From positions 1,280,001 to 1,344,000 of the forward strand of contig CAWBWI010000001.1 of NCBI GenBank assembly GCA_963792585.1: 64,000 nucleotides of DNA, in the 5' to 3' direction. Below, in pieces: positions 32,893 to 41,956 of the stretch. How positions within the stretch are numbered: the first letter of the stretch is position 1; each line of letters opens with the position of its first letter. Source of the DNA: Candidatus Eiseniibacteriota bacterium (GTDB lineage: Bacteria; Eisenbacteria; RBG-16-71-46; CAIMUX01; VGJL01). Below the pieces are notes generated by a model that was given only the letters and a program-made list of their open reading frames with translations, made no database searches and was not told where the DNA came from. The translations under genes and the position numbers were made by a program.

Positions 32893-33543
32893 TCAGGGCT
32901 TCTTCTTCAGGCGGTCGCGAAAGTGCTCACGGAACTTCGCGACCTTCGGGGCGATCACGATGCGGCAGTAGGACTGGTTCGCGTTGGCGGCGTAGTACTC
33001 CTGATGGTAGTCCTCGGCCTTGTAGAAGGCCTCGAACGGTGTCAGCTGGGTCACGATCGGATCGTCCCAGATCTTCTGATCCCTGATCTCCTTCATGATC
33101 TGTTCCGCGACGAGCTTCTGGTCGGGCCCGCGGTGGAAGATCGCCGATCGGTATTGCGTCCCCTGATCGGCCCCCTGCCGATTCATGGTCGTCGGGTCGT
33201 GAATCGTGAAGAAGACCCGTAATACATCGGCCAGGGAGATGACGTGCGGATCGAAGGTGAGCTGCACGACCTCGGCATGACCGGTCTCCCCACCGCAGAC
33301 CTCTTTGTAGCTGGGATCGGGGACGAATCCCCCGGAGTAGCCGGACTCGACGCTTTCCACTCCCTCCAGCTCATCGAAGACCGCCTCGAGGCACCAGAAA
33401 CAGCCACCTCCCAGCGTGATCATCTCTCGCTTCGGGCTCGGTGGAACCGCGTTCATCTCAGCTTCCCCCATCGTCTTTCCCGGCGCGCCGACGACGGCGG
33501 CGATGGCCCCGGCGACGACGAGCGCCCTCATTCGCATCTTCAT
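32893..33543 (-). CDS. msrA: Peptide methionine sulfoxide reductase A with signal-like N-terminus
   Basis: GGGCFWC, GETGHAE, HDPTT.NRQG.D.GTQYRS, AEDYHQEYY. Confidence 0.95.
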   Translation of the reverse strand: MKMRMRALVVAGAIAAVVGAPGKTMGEAEMNAVPPSPKREMITLGGGCFWCLEAVFDELEGVESVESGYSGGFVPDPSYKEVCGGETGHAEVVQLTFDPHVISLADVLRVFFTIHDPTTMNRQGADQGTQYRSAIFHRGPDQKLVAEQIMKEIRDQKIWDDPIVTQLTPFEAFYKAEDYHQEYYAANANQSYCRIVIAPKVAKFREHFRDRLKKKP

Positions 33544-33767
33544 GTTGGAACTCGCTCCTGTTCGTGGCCGGGGCGTCGCGGGAGAGCGGATGCGCTTCCA
33601 GTCCGAACCACTCAGTCTACCCGATCGGTTGTGGTCAACGGACTGGTGTTTGTATGATGGTTGGTCCGGCACCGGAGGGGATGCACGGGTCCACCGCCCC
33701 CGTGGGCATTCTGGCTGCCGTCGCACGGATATGGTGCTTTCCCCGCGAAGGGGGAGCGGAGGAGATC

Positions 33768-34562
33768 TTGACCGAGAAGACCGCGCCCTCCGGCCTCGTA
33801 CAACTCGAACGCTATCTCCACGACGAACGCTCGGTCATTCTCACGGCCGGTGACTTCTCGGAGACATTCGACGCATGGCTACGCCACTGCCAGCTCTGGC
33901 AGAGCGAGCCCGACGGGCTCGCCAGCGTCCTCATGCGGCAGGGGTTGGCGGCGGCAGCCCTTCACCTGGCCAACCGTCCAAACGACGAGATCGTAGGTTG
34001 GACGCTGAACCTGCAAAGGCCTCCAACGAACGTCTTCCTGACCGGCGACGTGCGCAAGGCGACCGTCACCGGTCGCGTCTATACCGAGGGGGTCAGAACG
34101 GCCGACCACAGCCGTCTATTCGTGCAAACCTCGCGTTCCTCTCAGCCGGAGCCGTTCCAGAGCGCCATCGACGTCTCGGGCTTCGACCTGCTGGAGATCT
34201 TCGAGCAGTACTACGACCGATCGGAACAGAATCCGGCTAGGTTCTTCGAGCTGGAGGACAACCGCTTCGCGATGGTGCTCGGTCTTCCAGGCGTCGACCG
34301 GGCCTGGATCCAGGGCCTACAGCCCAGATCCTTCGCGGAGATCCTGGTCGCCGCGCGTTCGATCGATGGCCGTGCGTTTCGATTCGAGTGCGGCTGCAGC
34401 CCCGCGAAGATGCTCCGGGCGCTCCGATCCATCTTCCTGGAGGATCCCGAGGACCTCTTCCAGGGCGAGGATCGAGTAGAAACCTCGTGCCCCCGGTGCG
34501 GCCGCCGCTGGTGGGTCACGCGGGAGCAGTTCCACGCCTCCGGCGACGGGCAGGTCGGCTAA
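33768..34562 (+). CDS. hslO: Hsp33-family redox-regulated chaperone (divergent)
   Basis: YYDRSEQNP, C-terminal CGCS...CPRC zinc centre; GGAGGAG RBS before TTG. Confidence 0.75.
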   Translation: MTEKTAPSGLVQLERYLHDERSVILTAGDFSETFDAWLRHCQLWQSEPDGLASVLMRQGLAAAALHLANRPNDEIVGWTLNLQRPPTNVFLTGDVRKATVTGRVYTEGVRTADHSRLFVQTSRSSQPEPFQSAIDVSGFDLLEIFEQYYDRSEQNPARFFELEDNRFAMVLGLPGVDRAWIQGLQPRSFAEILVAARSIDGRAFRFECGCSPAKMLRALRSIFLEDPEDLFQGEDRVETSCPRCGRRWWVTREQFHASGDGQVG

Positions 34563-34672
34563 ACCCAAGGCCCGCCCTCCCGCGAAGTTGGACCCGCTCC
34601 CCGTTTTCTCATGAACGCCCCCGGTTCCCCTTCCGTCTTAGGCCTGAGGGCGCAGCCGAAAGGAGGCCTCCA

Positions 34673-35443
34673 ATGGCAAGAAGTGGTAGCCCCACGCGAA
34701 ATCGTTTCCTGGTCGTCATCGGTGCGTTGGCCTCGCTCGTCGGCGGGGCGACGCTCGTGATTCCGACTCCCACCCTGGCGGACGAACCGCAGTCGAAGCT
34801 GGAACGGCAGATCAACGTCACACAAAGGCTGCTCGACGAGATGCTCGTGGACAGCCCCAACTTTCTCGTCTCGGGACATGAGGTGACGGAAGGCGTCGAG
34901 ATCGAGGACTATGGCGCATTCTTCACCTTCCGGGCTTCCCTCACCGGTTGGGGCTGGGAGCCGGGTCGCTTCGGACGCTCGCTCGACTTCTGGCCCTTCA
35001 ACGGCGGCAAGCGGAACGTTGTCGTCATCAAGGGCGACAAGGACAAGGGCGGCGAGAAGGAGATCTCGATTGGCGACGGCAGCATCGTCATCAAGGACGG
35101 CGAGGTCTACATGAAAGAGGGTGGCAAGACCCGCAAGCTGTCGGGGAAAGACGGCGCCGACGTCGTCGACGAGAAGCAGTACCGCGCCGACCAATTGAAG
35201 AAGTACGAGGCGGCGAAGGAAGAACTGATTCGGTTCATGCTGGATTACGGAGAGACTCTGAAAGCGTTGCCGGCCGGTCAGTCGGTCCGCATCGTGGCCC
35301 GGATGACCGATCTCGACCTTCCCGAAGGGCACGAGGTCCGCTCGTTGACCCTGAAGGCGTCGATCGACGATTTGCGCGCATACGGCGATGGGCGGTTGGG
35401 CGAGAGCGCCGCGCGGGCCAAGATCACCGTCAAGGAATCGTAG
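34673..35443 (+). CDS. Secreted hypothetical protein
   Basis: AAGGAGG RBS; signal peptide; strong codon bias. Confidence 0.7.
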   Translation: MARSGSPTRNRFLVVIGALASLVGGATLVIPTPTLADEPQSKLERQINVTQRLLDEMLVDSPNFLVSGHEVTEGVEIEDYGAFFTFRASLTGWGWEPGRFGRSLDFWPFNGGKRNVVVIKGDKDKGGEKEISIGDGSIVIKDGEVYMKEGGKTRKLSGKDGADVVDEKQYRADQLKKYEAAKEELIRFMLDYGETLKALPAGQSVRIVARMTDLDLPEGHEVRSLTLKASIDDLRAYGDGRLGESAARAKITVKES

Positions 35444-35479
35444 GGATCACAGCCAAGCGCTTCTTCCGATTCCGACAGG

Positions 35480-35518
35480 CAGCCCCCGCTCGCCACCTAC
35501 GGTCGCGGACGGGGGCTG
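35480..35518. terminator. Hairpin between convergent genes
   Basis: CAGCCCCCG...CGGGGGCTG inverted repeat. Confidence 0.45.
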
Positions 35519-35578
35519 TGCCGTCCCCGAAACTGGAAATTCGCGTTGCGTGGCGCGCGGGCGCCGGCAGCCCACGAA

Positions 35579-36121
35579 TCACCCCGGAAGATCGTCCCCC
35601 GCCCTCAGGATGTCTCGAAATGCGGACTCGGGACCGTCGGAATCGATGGGCCGACCCTCACGACGTCTCTTGCGGAAGAACTCCTTCAGCAGACCGGCCG
35701 ACTCCGACTCGAGAATGCCGCCCACCACGCGTACGCGATGGTTGAGTCCGCCGAGCTCCGGAATGTCCACGACCGAGCCACACGCCCCGAACTTCGGCTC
35801 GCGGGGCCCGAAGAAGACCGTCTCGATCCGGGCAAGGTGGATTGCGCCGATGCACATCACGCAGGGCTCGACCGTCACATATGCATGGGCGCCCGGCAGG
35901 CGCCAGCTGCCGAGGGTTGCCGACGCCGCGGTCAGTGCGAGGATTTCCGCGTGTGCGGTCGGGTCCTGGAGCGACTCCACGCGGTTGTGTCCCCGGCCGA
36001 TCACCCGCCCTTCATGGACGATGACGCAGCCGACCGGGACTTCTCCCTCGGACGCCGCCTCCTCCGCCTCCCGGAGCGCTTGGCGCATCCAACGCTCGGT
36101 CTCGGAGGCGAAGTCCATCAT
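35579..36121 (-). CDS. tadA: tRNA adenosine(34) deaminase
   Basis: EVPVGCVIV, DPTAHAE, EPCVMC, PKFGACGS, FFRKRR. Confidence 0.92.
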   Translation of the reverse strand: MMDFASETERWMRQALREAEEAASEGEVPVGCVIVHEGRVIGRGHNRVESLQDPTAHAEILALTAASATLGSWRLPGAHAYVTVEPCVMCIGAIHLARIETVFFGPREPKFGACGSVVDIPELGGLNHRVRVVGGILESESAGLLKEFFRKRRREGRPIDSDGPESAFRDILRAGDDLPG

Positions 36122-36870
36122 TTGGGCCCGCCGTTCGTCGGCCCCGCGCCCGGCTTGTCGGGCAGGCTCTCGATCAGGGTCCTCACCACGCTCTCGGCGA
36201 CCTGCTGGGGATCGGGCGGAGCCGGCGCGAGTTTGTCGGCGCGCTCGGTTCGCTCGACGCCATCGGACCGGTAGACGCCCGAACCGGCCCCATCCCCGTG
36301 CCGATAGTGCGGCGACTCGCGCCGCTCCATCTTGTCACCCTTCCAGGCGAGCGTGCCGTTATTCCCCTCGTAGATCAGGAGCGAGACGCCGATCTCGGTA
36401 AACGAGTTCCCCTCGCTCTGCCAATCGACCTGCTCCATCCGCCACTGAGTCAGTTCCCCGACGATGATCCCGTCGATTCCGATCTTCCTGGTCAATCCCT
36501 TCAGGACGATCGGATCCACCGTGTGCTTGTCCCGCCACAGGCGGACCACCTTGTCGAGTTCTCCTTCCACCCCCTCTTTGCGGGCGCGCGAGCGACACCC
36601 CGGTTCGTCGACGATGAGGAACTTCTGCTGTCCGCCCATGATGTAGGACTTCAGAAGCTCCTCGGTGGTCGGCACCCCGACGGGATCGGGGACGAGGCTC
36701 GCCACGCCCAGGTAGCCGATCGTCTCGAGCTTGAGCGTGGCGTACTCCGGTGCGTGGAAGATCGCATCGGGTTCGGCGGTCATTTGGTTGCCGGTCGTCG
36801 TCGCCTTGCAGCCGCCCATCAGGGCGAGCAGGGCAAGCGGAAGCAGAACGGCTTTCGACAGGGACTTCAT
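36118..36870 (-). CDS. Lipoprotein, hypothetical (CsgG/GNA1162-like fold possible)
   Basis: Lipobox LMGGC; GGAGG RBS; ATGA overlap with tadA. Confidence 0.7.
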   Translation of the reverse strand: MKSLSKAVLLPLALLALMGGCKATTTGNQMTAEPDAIFHAPEYATLKLETIGYLGVASLVPDPVGVPTTEELLKSYIMGGQQKFLIVDEPGCRSRARKEGVEGELDKVVRLWRDKHTVDPIVLKGLTRKIGIDGIIVGELTQWRMEQVDWQSEGNSFTEIGVSLLIYEGNNGTLAWKGDKMERRESPHYRHGDGAGSGVYRSDGVERTERADKLAPAPPDPQQVAESVVRTLIESLPDKPGAGPTNGGPK

Positions 36871-36924
36871 CCTCGCGCCTCCTGACGTGGAGCCTTCACG
36901 GGTGGGATTTCGATGGGGGGACCT

Positions 36925-36967
36925 TGCGCCCAGGAGGATTTGAACCCCCAACCTTCTGATCCGTAGT
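36925..36967 (-). mobile_element. att junction: displaced 3' half of tRNA-Arg(ACG)
   Basis: Minus strand ACTACGGATCAGAAGGTTGGGGGTTCAAATCCTCCTGGGCGCA gives the anticodon loop (ACG), T-arm and acceptor 3' strand; tRNA similarity stops at the anticodon loop; integrase is 0.7 kb away. Confidence 0.88.
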
Positions 36968-36977
36968 GAGAAAAGAC

Positions 36978-37184
36978 GCTACCCTACGGAGTCTCCTGGA
37001 ATCTCGACTACCCATCGCAACCTTTCTATTGACCCTGTGTTCACTGGGTCCGAAGCTACCATGCGAAGTCAGGAGGTTTCGGGGGCTGCCAGCATCGAAA
37101 TGCTACCCAGGCGCTACCCAGCGAACCCTCTGACCCAGTCAGGCAGGCGAACCCCGAAACCCGCTACCCAAGATACTGGGTAGC
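36978..37184. repeat. GCTACCCA repeats, putative integrase arm-type sites
   Basis: GCTACCCT 36978, ACTACCCA 37007, GCTACCCAG at 37102 and 37113, GCTACCCA 37163 inverted with TGGGTAGC 37177. Confidence 0.65.
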
Positions 37185-37290
37185 ACCGGGGGAGGGAAAG
37201 CGATGTTCAAAGGGAATCGGTGGGCAGCTACAAGGGGTAGTGAACCGACCGCTCCCAGGCAACAAGCCCTGTTGAGGAGGACCGATCGCC

Positions 37291-37653
37291 ATGGCTGAGA
37301 TCATTGACTTCCGCACCGCCGTAGACAAGCTCCATAGCCCAAAGCAAGCGGCACGCCAAAGCGAGCCCGCTAACCCGGGAGCCATATACGTTCCCAAACG
37401 CCCCAATCCCGACACCCCGCGCACGAGGGTAATTCCCGAGGGGCTCATGCGGCACTGGTATATCTGGTGCTTGGCGCATGAGCTGACCGGTGGAGTCGCC
37501 GCAATCGGCAAACAGAGGGTGGGTTATTGCGACACCTCTCGGTGGTTCTGCGAGAGCCTTCAGGACGTGATGCATAAGTTCCCCCCCACGGAGGAGCAGA
37601 AGGATCGGTTCCGCGGATGGTTCAACAGCCCGTTCGTGGAGCCGTCAAAGTGA
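37291..37653 (+). CDS. Hypothetical protein coupled to the integrase
   Basis: GAGGAGG RBS; GTGA overlap with the integrase start. Confidence 0.6.
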   Translation: MAEIIDFRTAVDKLHSPKQAARQSEPANPGAIYVPKRPNPDTPRTRVIPEGLMRHWYIWCLAHELTGGVAAIGKQRVGYCDTSRWFCESLQDVMHKFPPTEEQKDRFRGWFNSPFVEPSK

Positions 37654-38909
37654 AGTTCACCGACCGGCAGGTACTGAACCTGAAATGCCGACCGGAGCGG
37701 TACGAGGTGTGGGAGGCGCGGGGGCTTGGTCTCCGAGTCTCCCCCACCGGCCGCAAGACCTGGATTTTCCTCTACCGATTCCACGGCCGACCCCGCCGCA
37801 TGACCCTCGGCCACTATCCCGATCTATCGGTCGCCGAAGCGCACAAGAAGCACGCGGCCCACCTGGTCGATGTCGAGAAGGGCATCGACCCGGGCGCCGT
37901 CGCTATCGAGACGAAGCGGGAACTCAGGAAAGCCGAGACCATCAAGGACCTGGTCGAGGACTACATCAAGCTCTATGCGAAGCCGAACAAGAGGAGCTGG
38001 CGGGACGACGAATGGATGCTCGAGCGGGAGGTTGTCCCTCTGTGGGGCAATCGCAAGGCGCGAGAAATCACCAGGCGCGACGTGGTCCGGCTGCTCGATG
38101 CGATCGTCGACGGATCCCGGAAGGTCACGGCCCCGACAACTGCGCGCAAGCATAGCCCACGCAAGAAACGAGCCCCGCGGCCGGCCCCGTACCTCGCGAA
38201 TCGGGTCTTCGCCTGTGTGCGTAAGATGTTCGCTTGGGCAGTCTCCAGGGACATGCTCCCCACCTCCCCATGCCTCTACGTCCCCCGGCCGGCGCCGGAA
38301 CGAACCCGAGACCGCGTCCTGACCGAGGAGGAGCTCACGAAGCTCTGGCGAGCCCTCCAAGCCGCTCCCGCAACGGATCGGGTCCACTACGTCGTCCAGC
38401 TCGTCTTGTGCACAGGACAGAGGCCCGGAGAGGTTCTCGGCGCCCGATGGGAGGAGATCGACCAAGAGGCAGGATGGTGGACGATACCCGCGGAGCGAAG
38501 CAAGAACGGCAAGGTTCATCGCGTACCGATCACGCCCCTCGTTGACGAGTTGCTGGAGGCGGCCCGCGCTCTCGACCCTGATAGTCCCTGGGTCGTCCCA
38601 TCGACGCGGGTGGCGAAGAAGAAGTATCCACTCCAGGAGAGTTCCCCCCGCAGGTGGATCGAATGCTTCCGGGCGGCTACGGGCGTCGAGAAGTTTCGGC
38701 CGCATGACCTCAGGAGAACGGCAGCCACGGGCATGACGGAGCTCGGGGTCCCCCGCTTCATCGTGGGCCGGCTCCTCAACCACTCAGAGGGTGGGGACGT
38801 CACTGCGATCTATGACAGAAACCAGTATGACAAGGAGAAGCGGGAAGCCCTCGAGCGATGGTGCGACCGGCTCGGCAATCTGTCGGTCTTTGCGGGGAAT
38901 GCCAAATGA
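37650..38909 (+). CDS. Tyrosine integrase, P4/IntA type with N-terminal arm-binding domain
   Basis: GLGLRVSPTGRKTW...MTLGHYPDLSVAEA; catalytic TGQRPGE, KN, HDLRRT, LNH, IY. Confidence 0.95.
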   Translation: MKFTDRQVLNLKCRPERYEVWEARGLGLRVSPTGRKTWIFLYRFHGRPRRMTLGHYPDLSVAEAHKKHAAHLVDVEKGIDPGAVAIETKRELRKAETIKDLVEDYIKLYAKPNKRSWRDDEWMLEREVVPLWGNRKAREITRRDVVRLLDAIVDGSRKVTAPTTARKHSPRKKRAPRPAPYLANRVFACVRKMFAWAVSRDMLPTSPCLYVPRPAPERTRDRVLTEEELTKLWRALQAAPATDRVHYVVQLVLCTGQRPGEVLGARWEEIDQEAGWWTIPAERSKNGKVHRVPITPLVDELLEAARALDPDSPWVVPSTRVAKKKYPLQESSPRRWIECFRAATGVEKFRPHDLRRTAATGMTELGVPRFIVGRLLNHSEGGDVTAIYDRNQYDKEKREALERWCDRLGNLSVFAGNAK

Positions 38910-39433
38910 AGAGGAAGAACCCAGCGGAGGGCCCCGGGAAGCCGAAAAGGCAGCGGGAGGTCACTCCCGGAACGCGCGAGACGGAAGGGTTCATGAGCGA
39001 GAAAGCTATCTTTGAGCTACAGATGGCTCGAGGACTCTACATGGGTGGAAGTCGGATCGAGATTCTCAGGGCTGCGGTGGTGGCGCTTGCCGAGATCGGG
39101 TATGGCGATCTCGCAGGGGAACTCCTCGATATCTACGAGCGCTGGAAGGGCGGCAAAGTGCTGTGCCTAGGAGAAGCGTTTGGGATTCCGCATAGACGCA
39201 AGCCGCCGGCAGCGCAGTTCCAGATCGTCCGCTACAAGGGTGTGAGATGCACTCGAGGTGATGCAATCTTCCATCAGGTCGTGAAGTTGCGACGCGCAGG
39301 CACGACGCGCGAAGTCGCGTTCGAGAAGGTCGCCGAGTGCCACAAGCTCAGCGACAGCAAGGTCCAGAAGATCTACGACGCGACGAGGAAGCTGCTGCGC
39401 GAAGGGCTCCGTCGCGACCCGGAGAAGCTGTAG
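38906..39433 (+). CDS. Hypothetical protein with possible C-terminal HTH
   Basis: ATGA overlap; TREVAFEKVAECHKLSDSKVQKIY; start may be 38993. Confidence 0.6.
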   Translation: MKRKNPAEGPGKPKRQREVTPGTRETEGFMSEKAIFELQMARGLYMGGSRIEILRAAVVALAEIGYGDLAGELLDIYERWKGGKVLCLGEAFGIPHRRKPPAAQFQIVRYKGVRCTRGDAIFHQVVKLRRAGTTREVAFEKVAECHKLSDSKVQKIYDATRKLLREGLRRDPEKL

Positions 39434-39544
39434 ATCCGCACCTAAGAACACACACGATAACCCCCTCTTACGTGTTCGGTGGATCTCCGTCTAGTTCCGT
39501 AGCCTCCCCCTTGGAGTCACGCATAGCTCCAAGGAGGGATTGAA

Positions 39545-39742
39545 ATGACACGGTTCATCAGGATGCCCCAGGTCCTCGAAGTCACCGGCGCATCTGAAAG
39601 CACGATCTATCGCTGGGAAGCCGAGGGCAGCTTCCCCAAGCGGGTGAAGCTCGGGAAGCGCGCAATCGGTTGGGATGCGCGCGAAGTCGAGCGGTGGGCG
39701 GAAGATCGCGCGAAGAGCTCGTCCGATGCCTCCCGCGGATAG
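39545..39742 (+). CDS. alpA: AlpA-family regulator/excisionase
   Basis: FIRMPQVLEVTGASESTIYRW...FPKRVKLGKRAIGWDAREVERW. Confidence 0.92.
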   Translation: MTRFIRMPQVLEVTGASESTIYRWEAEGSFPKRVKLGKRAIGWDAREVERWAEDRAKSSSDASRG

Positions 39743-39938
39743 CGCAGCCGACCTCAACTTGCTCTGTCTCCCGCGCCACGAGGCGAGCTTTGGGACCGTT
39801 CAGGTTGGTTACCCGGCCGGGATCCGGCTCGCGGAAGCGATCGTGGGTCGCGAGACGGGCGTCAAGCTGCTCCCTGGAGAGACGGAACTCGCGGTCATGC
39901 GCAGCGGATGGTTGCAGCTCTCGGCGGTGGAGAGATGA
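39726..39938 (+). CDS. Small hypothetical protein
   Basis: Fills the gap between alpA and the helicase; ATGA overlap with the next gene. Confidence 0.45.
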   Translation: MPPADSAADLNLLCLPRHEASFGTVQVGYPAGIRLAEAIVGRETGVKLLPGETELAVMRSGWLQLSAVER

Positions 39939-41455
39939 GCACCGCGGCGGCACCGGCGGCAACAGAGCGCCGCCTTGACGAAGAGGAACTGCTCGGCTCC
40001 ATCTTGTTCGCTCCCGAGCACCTCGAAGCTGTTCGGCACAAGCTGCGACCGTCACACTTCGATGACCCGCACCTAGGCGAGCTCTACGGAGTCATGTTGC
40101 GCATCCCGCACCTCACACCCCAGGGCATCCTCGAGAGCCTGGGGAAACGCACCGTAGCCCCTCCTCCGGGGCTTTCATGGCTTGTCTACCTCTCTACCCT
40201 CGAAGATGCGGGAATGGTGCTCTCGGGGGCTTCGATCGTGGCTCATTCGAAGGCGATCATTGCTCGAGCGCTGGATCGGCGCAGGCGGGAAGTCCTACTC
40301 CGTGCCGGGAGCATCGGAGCGAACGGAGACGACCTCGCCGCGGGTGCGGCATTCATTCGCCGGGACCTTGAGGACATCGAAAGGGAGGCGGGGCCAGTGC
40401 TCGCCGCATCTATCCTCCAAGCCAGCCGAAGCTACGCGGAGACAGTCACGGACCCGACGCCGAGACCGACAAGCCTCTTGGGTGACGGACTCTTCTGTGC
40501 GCGCTGCATCGGAGAGATTCACGGGCCCGATGGATCCCGCAAGAGTCAAGGCGCTTTGCAGCTACTACTCTCAGCCTCCATCGGGCGCCCGTTCGCCGGG
40601 ATCGCCACCATCCCCACCGGGATTCGCTGCGGCTATGTCTCTATCGAAGATGAGATCGACGTGGTACGCGAGCGGCTCCAGACGCTTGCCCTCGGAATGG
40701 GGTTGACCGAGGCGGAGGAAGCCCTCGCAACCGAGAACCTGCATATCCTGGCAAGCCCCTACCTGCCCGACGATCCAGAATTCGACGTCACGGAGGATAC
40801 ATCCCAGGAAGCGCTCGAGCAGTGGATTCGAGCACACGAGCTGCGCCTGGTCGTGATCGACCACCTCGAGGCGGCTGCGCCGTCCCTGGAGTCGGAAAAC
40901 GACCTGCGCCCCGTCTCGAGGCCGAGCATCAGGATCGCACGCCGGACGGGCTGCGGGATCCTATGGGCTCACCATGATCGAAAGGCCCAGCAAGGTGTCA
41001 AGGGTCGGGACCGGGGCGCGTCTCGTGGGGACAGCCGCTTCGCCGCGCGTTGCCGATTCCGCATCCACTCCGAGGTGATCGGAGACGAGAACCCCGATGG
41101 GACCAAGATCCGGTGGACGTTCGAGAAGTCCACCCGGGCAGCAACCCCCAGACCTGTCTACTTCATCCACCGCAAGGACCAACCCCTCGAGCAGACGGAT
41201 GCCCCCGAGCGGTCGAGAGAGAAGGCCGCGAGCCGCAAGGCTGCTACACGCGAAATCATCCGGGAAGCAGGGCCCGCAGGTATTTCGCCGGCCGAGTTGC
41301 AAGTGCTCCTCGGTGTGTCTGCAAAGACCGTGGTGGCGTATGTCGCAAGCCTCGGGGACGTGGTAACGACCGGAACAACCACCAACCGAAGATACAAACT
41401 TCGGGGTACGGGAGTTTCGTCCTGCGGATCTCCCGAAGATGGCGCAATCGCATGA
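39935..41455 (+). CDS. Replication protein: DnaB N-terminal-like + AAA_25 (RecA/RepA-type helicase) + C-terminal wHTH
   Basis: EEELLGSIL...LRPSHFDDPH; variant Walker A GPDGSRKS; YVSIED; LVVIDHL; HHDRK; RGDS. Confidence 0.8.
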   Translation: MSTAAAPAATERRLDEEELLGSILFAPEHLEAVRHKLRPSHFDDPHLGELYGVMLRIPHLTPQGILESLGKRTVAPPPGLSWLVYLSTLEDAGMVLSGASIVAHSKAIIARALDRRRREVLLRAGSIGANGDDLAAGAAFIRRDLEDIEREAGPVLAASILQASRSYAETVTDPTPRPTSLLGDGLFCARCIGEIHGPDGSRKSQGALQLLLSASIGRPFAGIATIPTGIRCGYVSIEDEIDVVRERLQTLALGMGLTEAEEALATENLHILASPYLPDDPEFDVTEDTSQEALEQWIRAHELRLVVIDHLEAAAPSLESENDLRPVSRPSIRIARRTGCGILWAHHDRKAQQGVKGRDRGASRGDSRFAARCRFRIHSEVIGDENPDGTKIRWTFEKSTRAATPRPVYFIHRKDQPLEQTDAPERSREKAASRKAATREIIREAGPAGISPAELQVLLGVSAKTVVAYVASLGDVVTTGTTTNRRYKLRGTGVSSCGSPEDGAIA

Positions 41456-41470
41456 TAAACAAGACGATAT

Positions 41471-41560
41471 GGGAACTCTAGGAGATGGTGTCCTTGGGAG
41501 GTCGCAAAGGGTTTGGGGAACTCCCAACTCCGGGAGTTCACCCTATAGGGTCCCGAAGTT
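41471..41560. repeat. Putative replication origin (iterons plus palindrome)
   Basis: GGGAACTC at 41471 and 41516, AACTCC-G-GGAGTT inverted repeat, perfect palindrome CCCTATAGGG 41541-41550, immediately after the rep gene. Confidence 0.55.
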
Positions 41561-41590
41561 GTTTCTCCCAAAGCTGGAGGGCTCCGCGCC

Positions 41591-41833
41591 GTGCCCGATC
41601 CACCCCATTTCCTGCTCGCGTCCGACCTATCCAGGCGATGGGGCGTGCCCCCCTGGATGATCCACCGATGGCGACGGGCAGGACTGGGCCCGGCGTGGCA
41701 GAGGATCGGCGCGCGCGTTTTCTACCGCCTGCCCGCCGTGGAGGCATGGGAGGCCGGACCAATGCGCGGGATCAGCGTGCGGGCACGTGGGCGGGTGCGG
41801 CAAGCCCTTCAGGAAAGACACGGGTCCTTTTGA
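41591..41833 (+). CDS. Small HTH DNA-binding protein (excisionase-like)
   Basis: GGAGG RBS; FLLASDLSRRWGV...RWRRAGLGPAWQRIGARVFYRLPAVEAWE. Confidence 0.75.
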   Translation: MPDPPHFLLASDLSRRWGVPPWMIHRWRRAGLGPAWQRIGARVFYRLPAVEAWEAGPMRGISVRARGRVRQALQERHGSF

Positions 41834-41920
41834 CGGGATTCCAGGTGGGTGACGCGCAAGCGCTGAATTCATGCAGCGTGGACAAGTTCGACCGGTTGAC
41901 ACCGGTTGACACCGATGACC
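41822..41920 (+). other. Candidate lambda-type cos region (cosQ-like heptamer plus downstream repeats)
   Basis: GGGTCCT(TT) at 41822 equals lambda cosQ; tandem ACCGGTTGAC x2 at 41891-41910 resembles terminase-binding repeats. Confidence 0.45.
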
Positions 41921-41956
41921 GGGCCGCAGGTTCTCGATCGGCATGGGAGAGGAACG

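Noticed and set aside
35444..35578. SRP RNA or tRNA downstream of tadA, as found in some bacteria
   Set aside because: No SRP helix-8 consensus or cloverleaf; only a GC-rich hairpin.
36900..37000. Complete tRNA-Arg gene
   Set aside because: Only the 3' half is present; no D-arm or acceptor 5' strand beyond the anticodon loop.
36978..37240. CRISPR array from the GCTACCCA repeats
   Set aside because: Repeats are 8-9 bp, irregularly spaced and in both orientations.
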